DNA from: Myxococcota bacterium | GTDB taxonomy: Bacteria; Myxococcota_A; UBA796; GCA-2862545 | Direction: 5' to 3' | Length of the DNA stretch: 40,896 bases | Assembly: GCA_039208735.1 (NCBI GenBank) | Contig: JBCCQY010000075.1 | Span: 1 to 40,896 of the forward strand | Part shown: piece by piece, positions 12,435-22,324 of the stretch | Numbering within the stretch: the stretch's first letter is position 1 | Layout: every line of letters begins with the position of its first letter | Translations under genes and position numbers: made by a program | The notes under the pieces: model-generated | What the model saw: only the letters and a program-made list of their open reading frames with translations | Database searches by the model: none | What the model was told of the DNA's origin: nothing

Positions 12435-13646
12435 ATGCGTCTCTTTGGCCTGCTCCTGCTCTTGCCCGCTTGCTCGGGCGACCCGAACCCGGACGACGAT
12501 CGGGGCACGGACACGGGCGAGCCAGCGCTCTTCTTCACCTTCAAGTCGCAGCTGCGCGCCGCCGACATTGTGGCCGACATCAGCGAGCCCGCGGTGGAAG
12601 CGCACCAGGCATCCAACATGGTGCTTGCCACGACGCGACTGCTGGCCGGCGACGTGAATGTGCAGAACGAGTTGCGGGCGTTCGGCCAGGGCGAAGAAGA
12701 GATCGAGGAAAGAGGCGCTTTCCAGTGTTGGGAAGGCCCGTTCCGCCCTCGCTTCTCCTTCACATTGTCGTTTGGTTCCGCCTGTTCGCAGTTCGACCTT
12801 GAGGGCGCGGCTCGCATTGAGCGGCACCCGACACAGCAGCTGCTCTACACGTACCAGAACTTCAAGATCAACGACCGCGAGATTGGAGGCACGCTCGGCA
12901 TCAACACGGTGGGTGCCTTCGACGAGCCCTTCTTCTTTGTGATGTACGACACCGACGCCGATAATCCAGGGCGCGACCCCAAAGAGAACCAGCGGGTGCC
13001 GTTGGGCGTGAAGCTGTCGTCGTTCAGCCAGCCCGTGGGTGTGACGTTCGATGGGGGTTCGGCGGTCAACTTCGTGAACCAGACTTGGTCGGTTTGGGGA
13101 ACGTCGCAGCTTTCGGGCAAAGAGCCCATCACCGTCGTGCACGGTGCCGCGAGCCCCGAAGGGGTCGCACCAGACGCCCCCACCGGTGCCAACGTGTTGC
13201 GGTCCTCGCTCGACTGGTTGGAGTGTCGTTGCCCGACGCAGGGCCTGGCCTCTCAGGACATGCCGCTCATCGTCACCGACGTGGTGATCGACATCGACGA
13301 GCTTGAAGAATCACCTGACAGCATCGACGATCCTGAACTCACGGTCCCCGCGGAACTGCGCATCGATGGCCGTGGCATCCTCAACTACACCGGCTGCGGC
13401 GAGTACGAACTCTCCTACGAGGCGGAGCCCCTCACGGTCACCCTCGACAAGCAGTTGATGTTCGCCGAGCTGCAGTTCCTCTGCGACACGCGGACCATCA
13501 ACGACCCCGCTCGATGCACGGCGTTGCAGCAGGCGCTCCTCCGCAACTCGGAAGACTTCGTCGTTGAGATCACGGGCGAAGACCTGTTGAACACCGCCAA
13601 CGACGCGGCTGCCCGTCAACTCGACACCACGTGGTGCCGCTACTGA
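12435..13646 (+). CDS. Hypothetical lipoprotein
   Basis: GGAGG RBS and MRLFGLLLLLPA-C lipoprotein signal. Acidic, beta-rich, with several Cys. Confidence 0.75.
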   Translation: MRLFGLLLLLPACSGDPNPDDDRGTDTGEPALFFTFKSQLRAADIVADISEPAVEAHQASNMVLATTRLLAGDVNVQNELRAFGQGEEEIEERGAFQCWEGPFRPRFSFTLSFGSACSQFDLEGAARIERHPTQQLLYTYQNFKINDREIGGTLGINTVGAFDEPFFFVMYDTDADNPGRDPKENQRVPLGVKLSSFSQPVGVTFDGGSAVNFVNQTWSVWGTSQLSGKEPITVVHGAASPEGVAPDAPTGANVLRSSLDWLECRCPTQGLASQDMPLIVTDVVIDIDELEESPDSIDDPELTVPAELRIDGRGILNYTGCGEYELSYEAEPLTVTLDKQLMFAELQFLCDTRTINDPARCTALQQALLRNSEDFVVEITGEDLLNTANDAAARQLDTTWCRY

Positions 13647-14416
13647 CGTGAGCCGCTCGGTCGGTTCCGCCAGTAGATGAGCGAAAGCCCGCGCAAGGTG
13701 AGGAACATGTCGACCTCACCGATGCGTTCGCTCACCTTCGACAGCAGATTGGCGTAGCCCCCGGTCGCGATGACCCGCGCATCGGGGAGTTCTTCAAGAA
13801 TACGCCCCACGATCGCGTCCACCAGGCCTGCGTAACCATAGAGCAGGCCGGACTGGACTGCGTGCACGGTGTTGCGTCCAATGACGGTGGGGGGTGGTTT
13901 CAGCTCCACTCTCGGCAATTGCGCGGTCCGATCGAACAGCGCCTCCTCGCTGATGCGGAGGCCCGGCGCGATCACCCCGCCGACGTAAGCGTTGGTGTGG
14001 TCGATGCAGTCGAAGGTGGTTGCCGTGCCGAAATCGACCACGATAGCCGGTCCGCCACCCGTGGCGATGGCGGCAACCGCATTGACGATGCGATCCGCCC
14101 CCACTTCTCTTGGATTGTCGGTCCGAATCGGCATGCCGGTCTTCAAGCCACGTCCGACGACCAGACATTCGACCGAAAGGAACCGAAGGCACGCTTTTTC
14201 GACGGTGTAGACCTGACTTGGCACCACCGACGCGCAGATGGCGCCTTCGATGCGATCGAGGGGAACTTGCGCGTGGGCCAACAGTTGCAACCACAGTCCG
14301 CCCAGTTCGTCGGTGGTGCGTGGCGATGTGGTGATGCGCCAGGTTTGGCGGATCTCGTCACCCTCGAGCAAGCCGAGCATCGTGTTCGTGTTTCCCACAT
14401 CGATGACGACAACCAC
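13640..14416 (-). CDS. coaX: Type III pantothenate kinase
   Basis: IDVGNTNT, SVVP, VGADRIVNA, VDFGTATTFD, GGVIAPG and ATGG motifs. GTG start at 14416 with a GGAGG RBS. Confidence 0.96.
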   Translation of the reverse strand: MVVVIDVGNTNTMLGLLEGDEIRQTWRITTSPRTTDELGGLWLQLLAHAQVPLDRIEGAICASVVPSQVYTVEKACLRFLSVECLVVGRGLKTGMPIRTDNPREVGADRIVNAVAAIATGGGPAIVVDFGTATTFDCIDHTNAYVGGVIAPGLRISEEALFDRTAQLPRVELKPPPTVIGRNTVHAVQSGLLYGYAGLVDAIVGRILEELPDARVIATGGYANLLSKVSERIGEVDMFLTLRGLSLIYWRNRPSGSRQ

Positions 14417-14465
14417 CCGTCGGTTCCTCCCCATCCTGGATTCCACCAGGCTACCGTAGAGTCAT

Positions 14466-16481
14466 ATGACGTGGCTCCTGTGTTCCTTGGTCCCGTTCGC
14501 CCTTGCCAAACCCAAGGCCTCGACGCCGCGGGAGTTTCTCGGACCCGATCACAGTGAGGTTGATCTCCTGCGGCCGGCTCCGGGAGCCTCTCGCATCTTC
14601 GTCCAGGCGCTCCTGCCGGATGGAGAACCTGGGTTGTTCCTCGTTGACACTGGGGCTGACATCTCGGTGCTCACGCAACGCACCGCGGATCGAATCGGCC
14701 TGCAGAACCTCCAAGAAGGAGAGGTCTGGGGACTGTCAGGCACGGCACGGGTGCGGTTTGGAACGCTGCCTTCACTGCAGATTGGCGAGATGATGGTCAC
14801 CGACATCCACGTGGCGGTGGGGGTCCCGGGGCTCAACGATGAGGTCGGTTTCATGCCGCTCGCCGGCTTGCTCGGCAACAACGTGTGGAGCCGGTTCACC
14901 CTCGAGATCGACTACCCCGCCGACCTCATGGTGCTTCACGACCCCATCACGACCAAAGCCCCCCGAGGGGGCGCTCCCATGTTCTTTCGGGATCGGGCGC
15001 ACATCGAGACGCCCATCGAACTGAAGACGGCGGGCGAACGTTCCAAAGTGCGGAAGCTTGTTGCCCAGGTCGACACAGGTGCGAGCGAACTCACCCTGTG
15101 TGCAGCGACCGGTCTGCCCTTCGAAGACGCCTACACCCAGGGCCTCGAAACCGTACGCGGGATCGGGGCCTCCGAGACCTTGCCTCCGTTCCGCTTCCTC
15201 GAGATGACGCGACGAATTCCGCTGCAGTCGGTGACGATGGGGGGCACCGAAGTCGAAGTGGACCTTCCGGCGCGTTGGATGGCCTACCAAAACCGTCGCA
15301 CGACCACCTGCGGTGGCGGCATGAAGGCGCTCATTGGGCACGAATACCTGTCGGGTCACCGCGTGTGGTTCGACTACCGGCGAGGGCAAATGGCGCTGCG
15401 CAAATCGCGGCGCAGTCCCCGGCAGCTAAACGGACACGAAGTCCTCTACGAGCAGGAGCTGAAGCGCCATGGCCGCCCTATCGAACGGGGGTTGGTCCGA
15501 GCCAAGCTGCTCCTTGGGCATGGGGAAGATCAAAGTGCAATCAAGGAACTCCGCCGGTTTCTCGAACGGGCCGCCGACGCCGCCCCACGGGCCGAAGCCC
15601 GGGTGCTCCTCGCCCAGCTGCTGCGGCAATTGGGACGCCACGATGAAGCGTGGTCGCTCCTCGAAAGCATGGACGCGGGCGACCTCGTGGACCAGAATCA
15701 GGTCGTGGGCACCGTCAATGGTCTGCTGCTGACGGGTCGCGCCATCGACGCGCTGAGACTAGCCAAGGCGGGGGTCAAAGCGCGCCCGGATGACGGCTGG
15801 TCTCACGTCGCCTTTGCCGATGTCATGCTTTACCTGGGACAAACCGAGAAGGCGCAAGATTCCCTACTCGAAGCGGCCCGTCTCGAACAGTATCGGGACG
15901 CGCATCTGCTTCGCCGGGCTCGAGTCGCACTCGCCACCGGCGATCGGTACGGGTCAATGGCCCATATTCGCAAGCTGCTTGAGCTGTATCCGGGCGGAGG
16001 ACCCTACTTGTGGTTCTACGCCATGCTGCTCGACTCCGAACTCGACACCGAGACGTTCCGGGCCGACCTCGAGCGAGCCATGTCGAGGTTGCACCCGCAC
16101 GCGCGGCCGTTCGACTTCCTCGTGGCCGCTCATGCGATTTTGGGGGACGCCGACCTTGTGGACCGGTGGTTGGCCGAGGGGCTCGCTCAGCACTGCGAGA
16201 CGATGCCAGAAGGTCCTGATCAAGACAATTGCGTGGCTTGGTACCTGGCACTGGGCAACCGTCGGCTCGAAGACGCGCTGATGCGGATCGAACGGGCGTT
16301 GGACGAAACAGGGGAACGAGCGGATTACCTCGACACCAAGGCCATGGTGCACCTTGCCCGTCGTGAAATGGTCGAAGCACGCCGGGCCGCCCGTCACGCG
16401 GCTCGACTTTCGCCCAACGACGTCTACATGCTTTGGCAGGCCGAGCGAATCGCCGAACTCACGCTGCAGGCTGAACGGTAG
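14466..16481 (+). CDS. Secreted aspartyl protease (two retropepsin-like domains) with C-terminal TPR region
   Basis: LVDTGADISVL..GLLGN and QVDTGASELTL..ALIGHEYL, followed by helical TPR-like repeats. N-terminal signal peptide. Confidence 0.85.
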   Translation: MTWLLCSLVPFALAKPKASTPREFLGPDHSEVDLLRPAPGASRIFVQALLPDGEPGLFLVDTGADISVLTQRTADRIGLQNLQEGEVWGLSGTARVRFGTLPSLQIGEMMVTDIHVAVGVPGLNDEVGFMPLAGLLGNNVWSRFTLEIDYPADLMVLHDPITTKAPRGGAPMFFRDRAHIETPIELKTAGERSKVRKLVAQVDTGASELTLCAATGLPFEDAYTQGLETVRGIGASETLPPFRFLEMTRRIPLQSVTMGGTEVEVDLPARWMAYQNRRTTTCGGGMKALIGHEYLSGHRVWFDYRRGQMALRKSRRSPRQLNGHEVLYEQELKRHGRPIERGLVRAKLLLGHGEDQSAIKELRRFLERAADAAPRAEARVLLAQLLRQLGRHDEAWSLLESMDAGDLVDQNQVVGTVNGLLLTGRAIDALRLAKAGVKARPDDGWSHVAFADVMLYLGQTEKAQDSLLEAARLEQYRDAHLLRRARVALATGDRYGSMAHIRKLLELYPGGGPYLWFYAMLLDSELDTETFRADLERAMSRLHPHARPFDFLVAAHAILGDADLVDRWLAEGLAQHCETMPEGPDQDNCVAWYLALGNRRLEDALMRIERALDETGERADYLDTKAMVHLARREMVEARRAARHAARLSPNDVYMLWQAERIAELTLQAER

Positions 16482-16594
16482 CCCCTGGCCGGTCCAAAGA
16501 CCGACATCGCAGGTTGGTCGCGCCAGCATTGGGCGCTTTCGACAGCGAATCCATGGGCCTCAGTGGCATCTTGGCTCAACAACCGCTGGCGTCG

Positions 16595-17251
16595 TTAGGC
16601 CGCGGCCGGATGAACCGTCCCATCCCAACTGCGGTCGAGACGTCGCGCTAGCGTGCGGGCTAGCGGCGTGACCCACTCCTCCAAAGGCGGGCAAGGCTCA
16701 AGATGATCCGCCACTCGGGTCATCACATCGGCGGAAAACCCGCAGGGTCGAAGGGTGTGAAAATGCTGAAGATCAATGTCGATATTCAGCGCTAGACCAT
16801 GCCATGTAACCCACTTTCGACACGCGATGCCCAACGAGCACACTTTGCGGGGGCGACCTTGGGCCATGGGAAGCCACACGCCCGTGTTCCGTTCGTCGCG
16901 CCGGCCCTCTAGGGCATGCTCGGCAAGGACGTCTATGACGGCGTCTTCGAGGTTGCGGAGGTGGCGATGGAGGTCGCGGTCGGGGCCTTCAAGCTTGATG
17001 ATCGGGTAGGCTACAAGCTGTCCGGGAGCATGCAACGTGGATTGGCCGCCACGCTCCACTTCGACAACATCGACGTCGGTAGGGCCAACATCGTCGGCGG
17101 CTCCACGACCCCGGCCCACCGTAATGACCGCAGGATGCTCGACGACAAGGACCCGGTCGGCAATGTCGTCCGTCGCTCTTGCGGCCACGAGTTCGCGCTG
17201 CAGCAGATGGACATCGGTGTACGAAGCGCGACCAAGCCAGTGCACATCCAT
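16595..17251 (-). CDS. lipB: Octanoyltransferase LipB
   Basis: VEHPAVITVGR, RGGQSTLHAPGQLVAYPII, KVCSLG, WHGLALN and PCG. Confidence 0.95.
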   Translation of the reverse strand: MDVHWLGRASYTDVHLLQRELVAARATDDIADRVLVVEHPAVITVGRGRGAADDVGPTDVDVVEVERGGQSTLHAPGQLVAYPIIKLEGPDRDLHRHLRNLEDAVIDVLAEHALEGRRDERNTGVWLPMAQGRPRKVCSLGIACRKWVTWHGLALNIDIDLQHFHTLRPCGFSADVMTRVADHLEPCPPLEEWVTPLARTLARRLDRSWDGTVHPAAA

Positions 17252-17778
17252 CAGGGGGCCGGGGGCCAAGACGCACGAATCTCGACCGCTTCTTCGCCGG
17301 TGAAGGTCACGGGACCAAGCGCATTCGTAAGACAGGGGTCGAGCGCGGGCCCGTCCGTCTTGGTGGTGACCGAAGCCACGCGCAGCCCCAAATTCGGCCC
17401 CTTGGGTTCAAGACTTAGGGTCATGGACAACGGAGAAGGAACCTGCGCTCCATGGACCTGAACCGCTTCGATGCATTCCGAGATGGAGCTGCGCTGGGAG
17501 TTCAGGGCCTTGTCCACGGCTTCGGCCGTGAGGGCCGAGAACCTAGGCCGAAAACGCCGAAGCCCCTGCGCTTTCAACTCTAAGGGGCGTTCTTTGAGCC
17601 GGCTGTACCCATTTGGATCGGCTGGAGCGACCCGAACACGCCCGGTCCGTACCGCTTGCGGTTCCTGAGGCGGTTTCGACTTCGTGGACGCCTCGTCCTT
17701 GGTCAAGCTCCACCAAAAGACACCCAGACCCACCACGATTGCGGCGACTCCGAGTCCCCACCATGCTGCGGGACGCAC
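17251..17778 (-). CDS. Single-TM protein with possible AgmX/PglI-type (TonB C-terminal-like) domain
   Basis: N-terminal TM, then VDKALNSQRSSISECIE...LDPCLTNALGPVTF with two Cys and a terminal beta strand. GTG start with a GGAGG RBS. Its stop overlaps the lipB start. Confidence 0.55.
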   Translation of the reverse strand: MRPAAWWGLGVAAIVVGLGVFWWSLTKDEASTKSKPPQEPQAVRTGRVRVAPADPNGYSRLKERPLELKAQGLRRFRPRFSALTAEAVDKALNSQRSSISECIEAVQVHGAQVPSPLSMTLSLEPKGPNLGLRVASVTTKTDGPALDPCLTNALGPVTFTGEEAVEIRASWPPAP

Positions 17779-17965
17779 ATCACCCTCCCCTCGTTCCCTC
17801 GGCCCGTAACCTTCTGGAAGAGACGGAGGGAGCACGGCCGGGCCCATCCCGGCCGTGCCGTGAAGAGGCGTCCGCCCCGCAGGTCGGACGTCTTCTCAAC
17901 GGCTCAGGCAAACCGACATCCAGGACCTTTGACCTCCCCGTGACGCGCCGAGCAGGGCTCAACGC

Positions 17966-18250
17966 CTATTTTCGGTGGTCGGAAATCGGTTTTGGCGAAA
18001 AGGCCAGCCCTCCGCAAGGCACCCCTGACGGCAACGACACCACCCATTCCCGATGGGTCCGTCGCCAGGCCCACCCGCCCAAGTGCCGGGCTCGGTCGGC
18101 CCAGCGCTGGAAAACGTGATGACTCGCTAACCACGCTGCATCTCGGGCCGCGAAGGGACCATGTCGGACACACCGCCGCCCCCACACCTGAAACCACCAC
18201 GTGCCGTCGACTTCGACAAACGGTTCGGACACGATGAAAGAGTGGCTCAC
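17966..18250 (-). CDS. Small hypothetical Trp/Arg-rich protein (start uncertain: 18250 or 18232)
   Basis: Open frame directly after recA with plausible codon usage and WWFQVW...HGPFAARDAA. A LexA box lies upstream. Confidence 0.5.
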   Translation of the reverse strand: MSHSFIVSEPFVEVDGTWWFQVWGRRCVRHGPFAARDAAWLASHHVFQRWADRARHLGGWAWRRTHREWVVSLPSGVPCGGLAFSPKPISDHRK

Positions 18251-18258
18251 GGTGGACA

Positions 18259-18274
18259 CTGAACAGGTGTACAG
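18259..18274 (-). promoter_or_regulatory. Myxococcus-type LexA (SOS) box
   Basis: CTGTACACCTGTTCAG fits the first 16 positions of the M. xanthus consensus CTRHAMRYBYGTTCAGS. It starts 3 bp after the recA stop. Confidence 0.75.
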
Positions 18275-18277
18275 CAA

Positions 18278-19306
<1,029 letters not shown>

Positions 19307-19323
19307 AGGGCCTCCTTTGCAAA

Positions 19324-20805
19324 TCAGAGTTCTGCCGGACGAAAAGCGAGGGCGTCACGCACATGCTCGGGGGCAATCGTGTCGGCCCCCGCAAGATCTG
19401 CGACCGTGCGAGCCACTTTGAGGACTCGGGTTGCCGACCGCCCGGAGAGTCCGTGGCGCTCGGCTCCTTGAACGAGCAAAGCACGGGCTGGAACCGTCAG
19501 TGCCGCACACCGATGAATGGCCTCGGCTGAAAGTTGCCCATTCGCGACGCGTTGCCCTCGGTCCCATTGACGCTGCCGGGCCATCACGACGCGTTCTCGG
19601 ACGACTGCGCTGGTCTCGCCGGACGGCCCCTCGAACAATTCCGTTGCGGTGAGGGCCGAAAGGCTCACATGAAGATCTATCCGATCCAGGATGGGACCCG
19701 ACAATCGTTGCAGATAGCGATGCACCGCTGTGTCGGTACATCCACACCCTGCAACGCCTCGAAGTCCACAGGGACAGGGGTTTGCCGCCATTACGAGGGT
19801 GATCGACGCAGGGTGAGTCACCGCGCCACGAGCCCGTGACAGCCTCACCACTCCATCTTCGAGGGGTTGCCGGAGCACTTCGATCACCGACCGCGTGAAC
19901 TCTGGCGCTTCGTCGAGGAAGAGCACTCCATTGTGGGCGAGACTCACTTCACCAGGTCGCAAGGATCGATCGCCGACCATCGCCGCGACGGTGACCGAGT
20001 GATGAGGCGCTCGAAAGGGTCGGTCCAAAAGGAGTTCGCCATCGGCGAGATGGCCCGCTGCACTATGCACGCGGGTGGTCTCGAGGGCTTCATCGAACGA
20101 AAGTGGGGGCAGGATGGTGGGCAGGCGCTGCGCCAGCATGGACTTGCCGCATCCTGGAGGTCCGATCATCAAGAGGTGATGACCCCCAGCCGCCGCAATC
20201 TCGAGGGCCCGCCGGGCTACCGGCTGACCACGCACCTCAGCGAGGTCTAGGAGAGGGGGCGGGCGAGATGGAGACGGGCGAGGGATCGGTTCAAGAGCGG
20301 CGCCCTCGAGCCACCGAATCACATCGCTTAGCGTGTCAGCGCCGACGATCTGCACGTCAGGGACCAACGTCGCGGTCGACGCACTGCCCCGCGGCAATAC
20401 CAACGTGCGGCCCAGGCGGCGCGCCAACAAGGCGAGCGAGAGAGCTCCTCGGACCGGACGGAGCTGTCCCGCGAGCGACAACTCCCCTACGGCAAGGATG
20501 CGCTCCAGGGCCGACGCAGGAATCCGTCCGGCAGCGGCCAGAATGCCCAAGGCCATCGGCAAGTCTAGCGCCGTGCTCTCTTTCTTCACATCGGCCGGAG
20601 CGAGATTCACGACGACCCGCTTGCGGGGAAGCGACTCCCCCGAACTCTGCAAGGCACTCCGCAACCGCTCACTGCTCTCCTTGACGGCAGATGCGGCCAG
20701 TCCCACGATGCAGACGCTGGGCAACCGGGCCAACAGGTCGACCTCAACCTCGATGGGCAACGCCTCGACCCCTTCAAGGGCCCCCGACAGCACTCTCACC
20801 GCCAT
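19324..20805 (-). CDS. comM: ComM/YifB Mg-chelatase-like AAA+ DNA helicase
   Basis: [60 protein letters not shown] and [13 protein letters not shown] 20805 with a GGAGG RBS. Confidence 0.93.
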   Translation of the reverse strand: MAVRVLSGALEGVEALPIEVEVDLLARLPSVCIVGLAASAVKESSERLRSALQSSGESLPRKRVVVNLAPADVKKESTALDLPMALGILAAAGRIPASALERILAVGELSLAGQLRPVRGALSLALLARRLGRTLVLPRGSASTATLVPDVQIVGADTLSDVIRWLEGAALEPIPRPSPSRPPPLLDLAEVRGQPVARRALEIAAAGGHHLLMIGPPGCGKSMLAQRLPTILPPLSFDEALETTRVHSAAGHLADGELLLDRPFRAPHHSVTVAAMVGDRSLRPGEVSLAHNGVLFLDEAPEFTRSVIEVLRQPLEDGVVRLSRARGAVTHPASITLVMAANPCPCGLRGVAGCGCTDTAVHRYLQRLSGPILDRIDLHVSLSALTATELFEGPSGETSAVVRERVVMARQRQWDRGQRVANGQLSAEAIHRCAALTVPARALLVQGAERHGLSGRSATRVLKVARTVADLAGADTIAPEHVRDALAFRPAEL

Positions 20806-20829
20806 CCTGCCTCCGTTGGCAACTCCCAA

Positions 20830-20846
20830 AGCGAGGATCGTGCCAA
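20830..20846 (-). promoter_or_regulatory. Sigma54 (-24/-12) promoter of the comM-recA operon
   Basis: TTGGCACGATCCTCGCT has one mismatch to TGGCACG-N4-TTGC(A/T). Spacing puts the TSS just upstream of the comM RBS. Confidence 0.7.
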
Positions 20847-21069
20847 CCTTGGACTTTGGTCGAATCAAAACAATCGCGGAGATTGCGGGTGGAGCGTCTG
20901 GAACGGTGACGGAAATCTCGTCGGTCGTCAGGACCTCAGCGGTCATCGCTTAGGGGATCGCGCGCCGGATGCGATCGAAGCGCGATCCACCTCGAAACCA
21001 ATGAGATCGACTCGCATTTCCCGGGCAATATCCAGGACATCTAGCCGACAGGCGTCTCAGGCGGACGAA

Positions 21070-21105
21070 CATTGGCTTTGACACCAATGCGAATCGCCTT
21101 ACAGT
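21070..21105 (+). promoter_or_regulatory. Sigma70-like promoter with a dyad flanking the -35
   Basis: TTGACA (21078-83), 16 nt, TACAGT (21100-05). The inverted repeat CATTGG-N8-CCAATG (21070-89) straddles the -35. Confidence 0.5.
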
Positions 21106-21154
21106 TTACGCAGTCAACCTTGACCCTGGTTTGGAACGACCCTCAGAGGATCCC

Positions 21155-21598
21155 ATGAGCTCCGAAAGCGCTACTGCACCCACCCCTTTCCACATTTGGG
21201 TGGCGCCGTACGAACGAGGTGGCCGTCACATTCGCGGTCATTGGCGCCCCCGCAGCGGGCAAGCCGATGAAGCGCGGGCCTGGATGGAAGCCAATGGCAA
21301 ATCGGTGATCCTCGATCCGTTCGAGCGGGATCTTCTGGAGCGTGAACTTCAGGAAAACCCGGGACGCAAGGATGACGAGCGCGATATGCCGCGCCCTCTT
21401 CCCCAGCGTATCAGCCAGCTGCCCCCGCAGATGGGCCAGTCGCTCGCCTCGGACGAGCCGCCGATTGGCGAGATTCTCGCACAGCTTGGCGTGGATCGGT
21501 CCGAAGGTCGCCGTTGGCGTCGGGCGGGCAAGCACCCCGCACTTCGCTGGAGCCGTCGTTACGAGCACGCTGACGAAAACGAACTCGCTGGCGTCTGA
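21155..21598 (+). CDS. Hypothetical protein
   Basis: AGAGGA RBS, GC3-rich codons, an N-terminal HIWVAPYERGGRHIRGHWR beta-hairpin-like motif and an Arg/Trp-rich C-terminus. Confidence 0.65.
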   Translation: MSSESATAPTPFHIWVAPYERGGRHIRGHWRPRSGQADEARAWMEANGKSVILDPFERDLLERELQENPGRKDDERDMPRPLPQRISQLPPQMGQSLASDEPPIGEILAQLGVDRSEGRRWRRAGKHPALRWSRRYEHADENELAGV

Positions 21599-21681
21599 AC
21601 GCTCCCCGAGATGAGTGTCCATGACACTCGGTTGAGCCGCCCAGGCTCGACCCTCGTAGATCGAACCGTTGACCGATGGTG

Positions 21682-21717
21682 AGGCGAGCCTGAAAGAGGG
21701 CTCGCCTTTCGTCGTTT
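21682..21717 (+). terminator. Rho-independent terminator
   Basis: 9-bp stem AGGCGAGCC/GGCTCGCCT followed by TTCGTCGTTT. Confidence 0.6.
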
Positions 21718-21808
21718 GTAAGGCGGCGGTGAGGAGTTCACCGTGAGTTTGGCCGCCGGATGAGCCATGATGCCGGAGCATCATCCGGCCCTTGCAGGGA
21801 GGCCCTAC

Positions 21809-22252
21809 ATGCCCCGCAGTCGTCGCGGAGGGAACGCCATCGAATTCGCCATGCTGCTTCCGGTGTTCCTGTTGCTGTTGTTCGCGATCATGGATTTTGG
21901 GTGGTTGTTCTTCAACCATTCGGCTGCGAACTCGGCGACGGCCCGAGCATGCCGAGATGGATCGCTTCAAGATCCGGGGCAAAACAACGCAAACCTCAGC
22001 AATCTCATCGCCGATACGGAAACGGCGATGCGCACCCACTACACGGCAAACGGTGGTACGGCGCCCATCGACATGGCGGTAGTCACCATGGCAGGCGCGG
22101 CCCCGCAACGCGCGTTGAACTGCCGGATGGAAGTGAGTGTGCCCAGTTTCTTTGGCTCGGCGGCCCTCAACTTCTTTGATGGCAGTTCGCGCAGCTTCGA
22201 CACGATGACGGTGGCCGCGGAGGTCTCGTACAAACTCGAGTTCCAACGTTGA
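21809..22252 (+). CDS. TadE/TadG-family pseudopilin
   Basis: RRGGNAIEFAMLLPVFLLLLFAIMDFG prepilin motif (G-x4-EF) followed by AANSATARACR. GGGAGG RBS. Confidence 0.9.
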   Translation: MPRSRRGGNAIEFAMLLPVFLLLLFAIMDFGWLFFNHSAANSATARACRDGSLQDPGQNNANLSNLIADTETAMRTHYTANGGTAPIDMAVVTMAGAAPQRALNCRMEVSVPSFFGSAALNFFDGSSRSFDTMTVAAEVSYKLEFQR

Positions 22253-22276
22253 CCTCCACCGCCATGCCGAGAGGGC

Positions 22277-22304
22277 GTTCAGGTGAACCTATCCTCACCT
22301 GAAC
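22277..22304. terminator. Perfect 10-bp hairpin between convergent genes
   Basis: GTTCAGGTGA-N8-TCACCTGAAC lies between the tadE stop and the convergent stop at 22325. Confidence 0.45.
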
Positions 22305-22324
22305 ATTCGTCAAGCGTGCATCGT

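Noticed and set aside
17810..17930. Glycine or c-di-GMP-I riboswitch-like words (CTCAGGCAAACC) on the plus strand
   Set aside because: Core motifs are incomplete, no plus-strand gene lies downstream, and G.U pairs in the adjacent hairpin favour the minus strand.
22299..22314. Second LexA-like box CTGAACATTCGTCAAG
   Set aside because: It has four mismatches to the consensus and lies between convergent stop codons. It is better explained as part of a hairpin.
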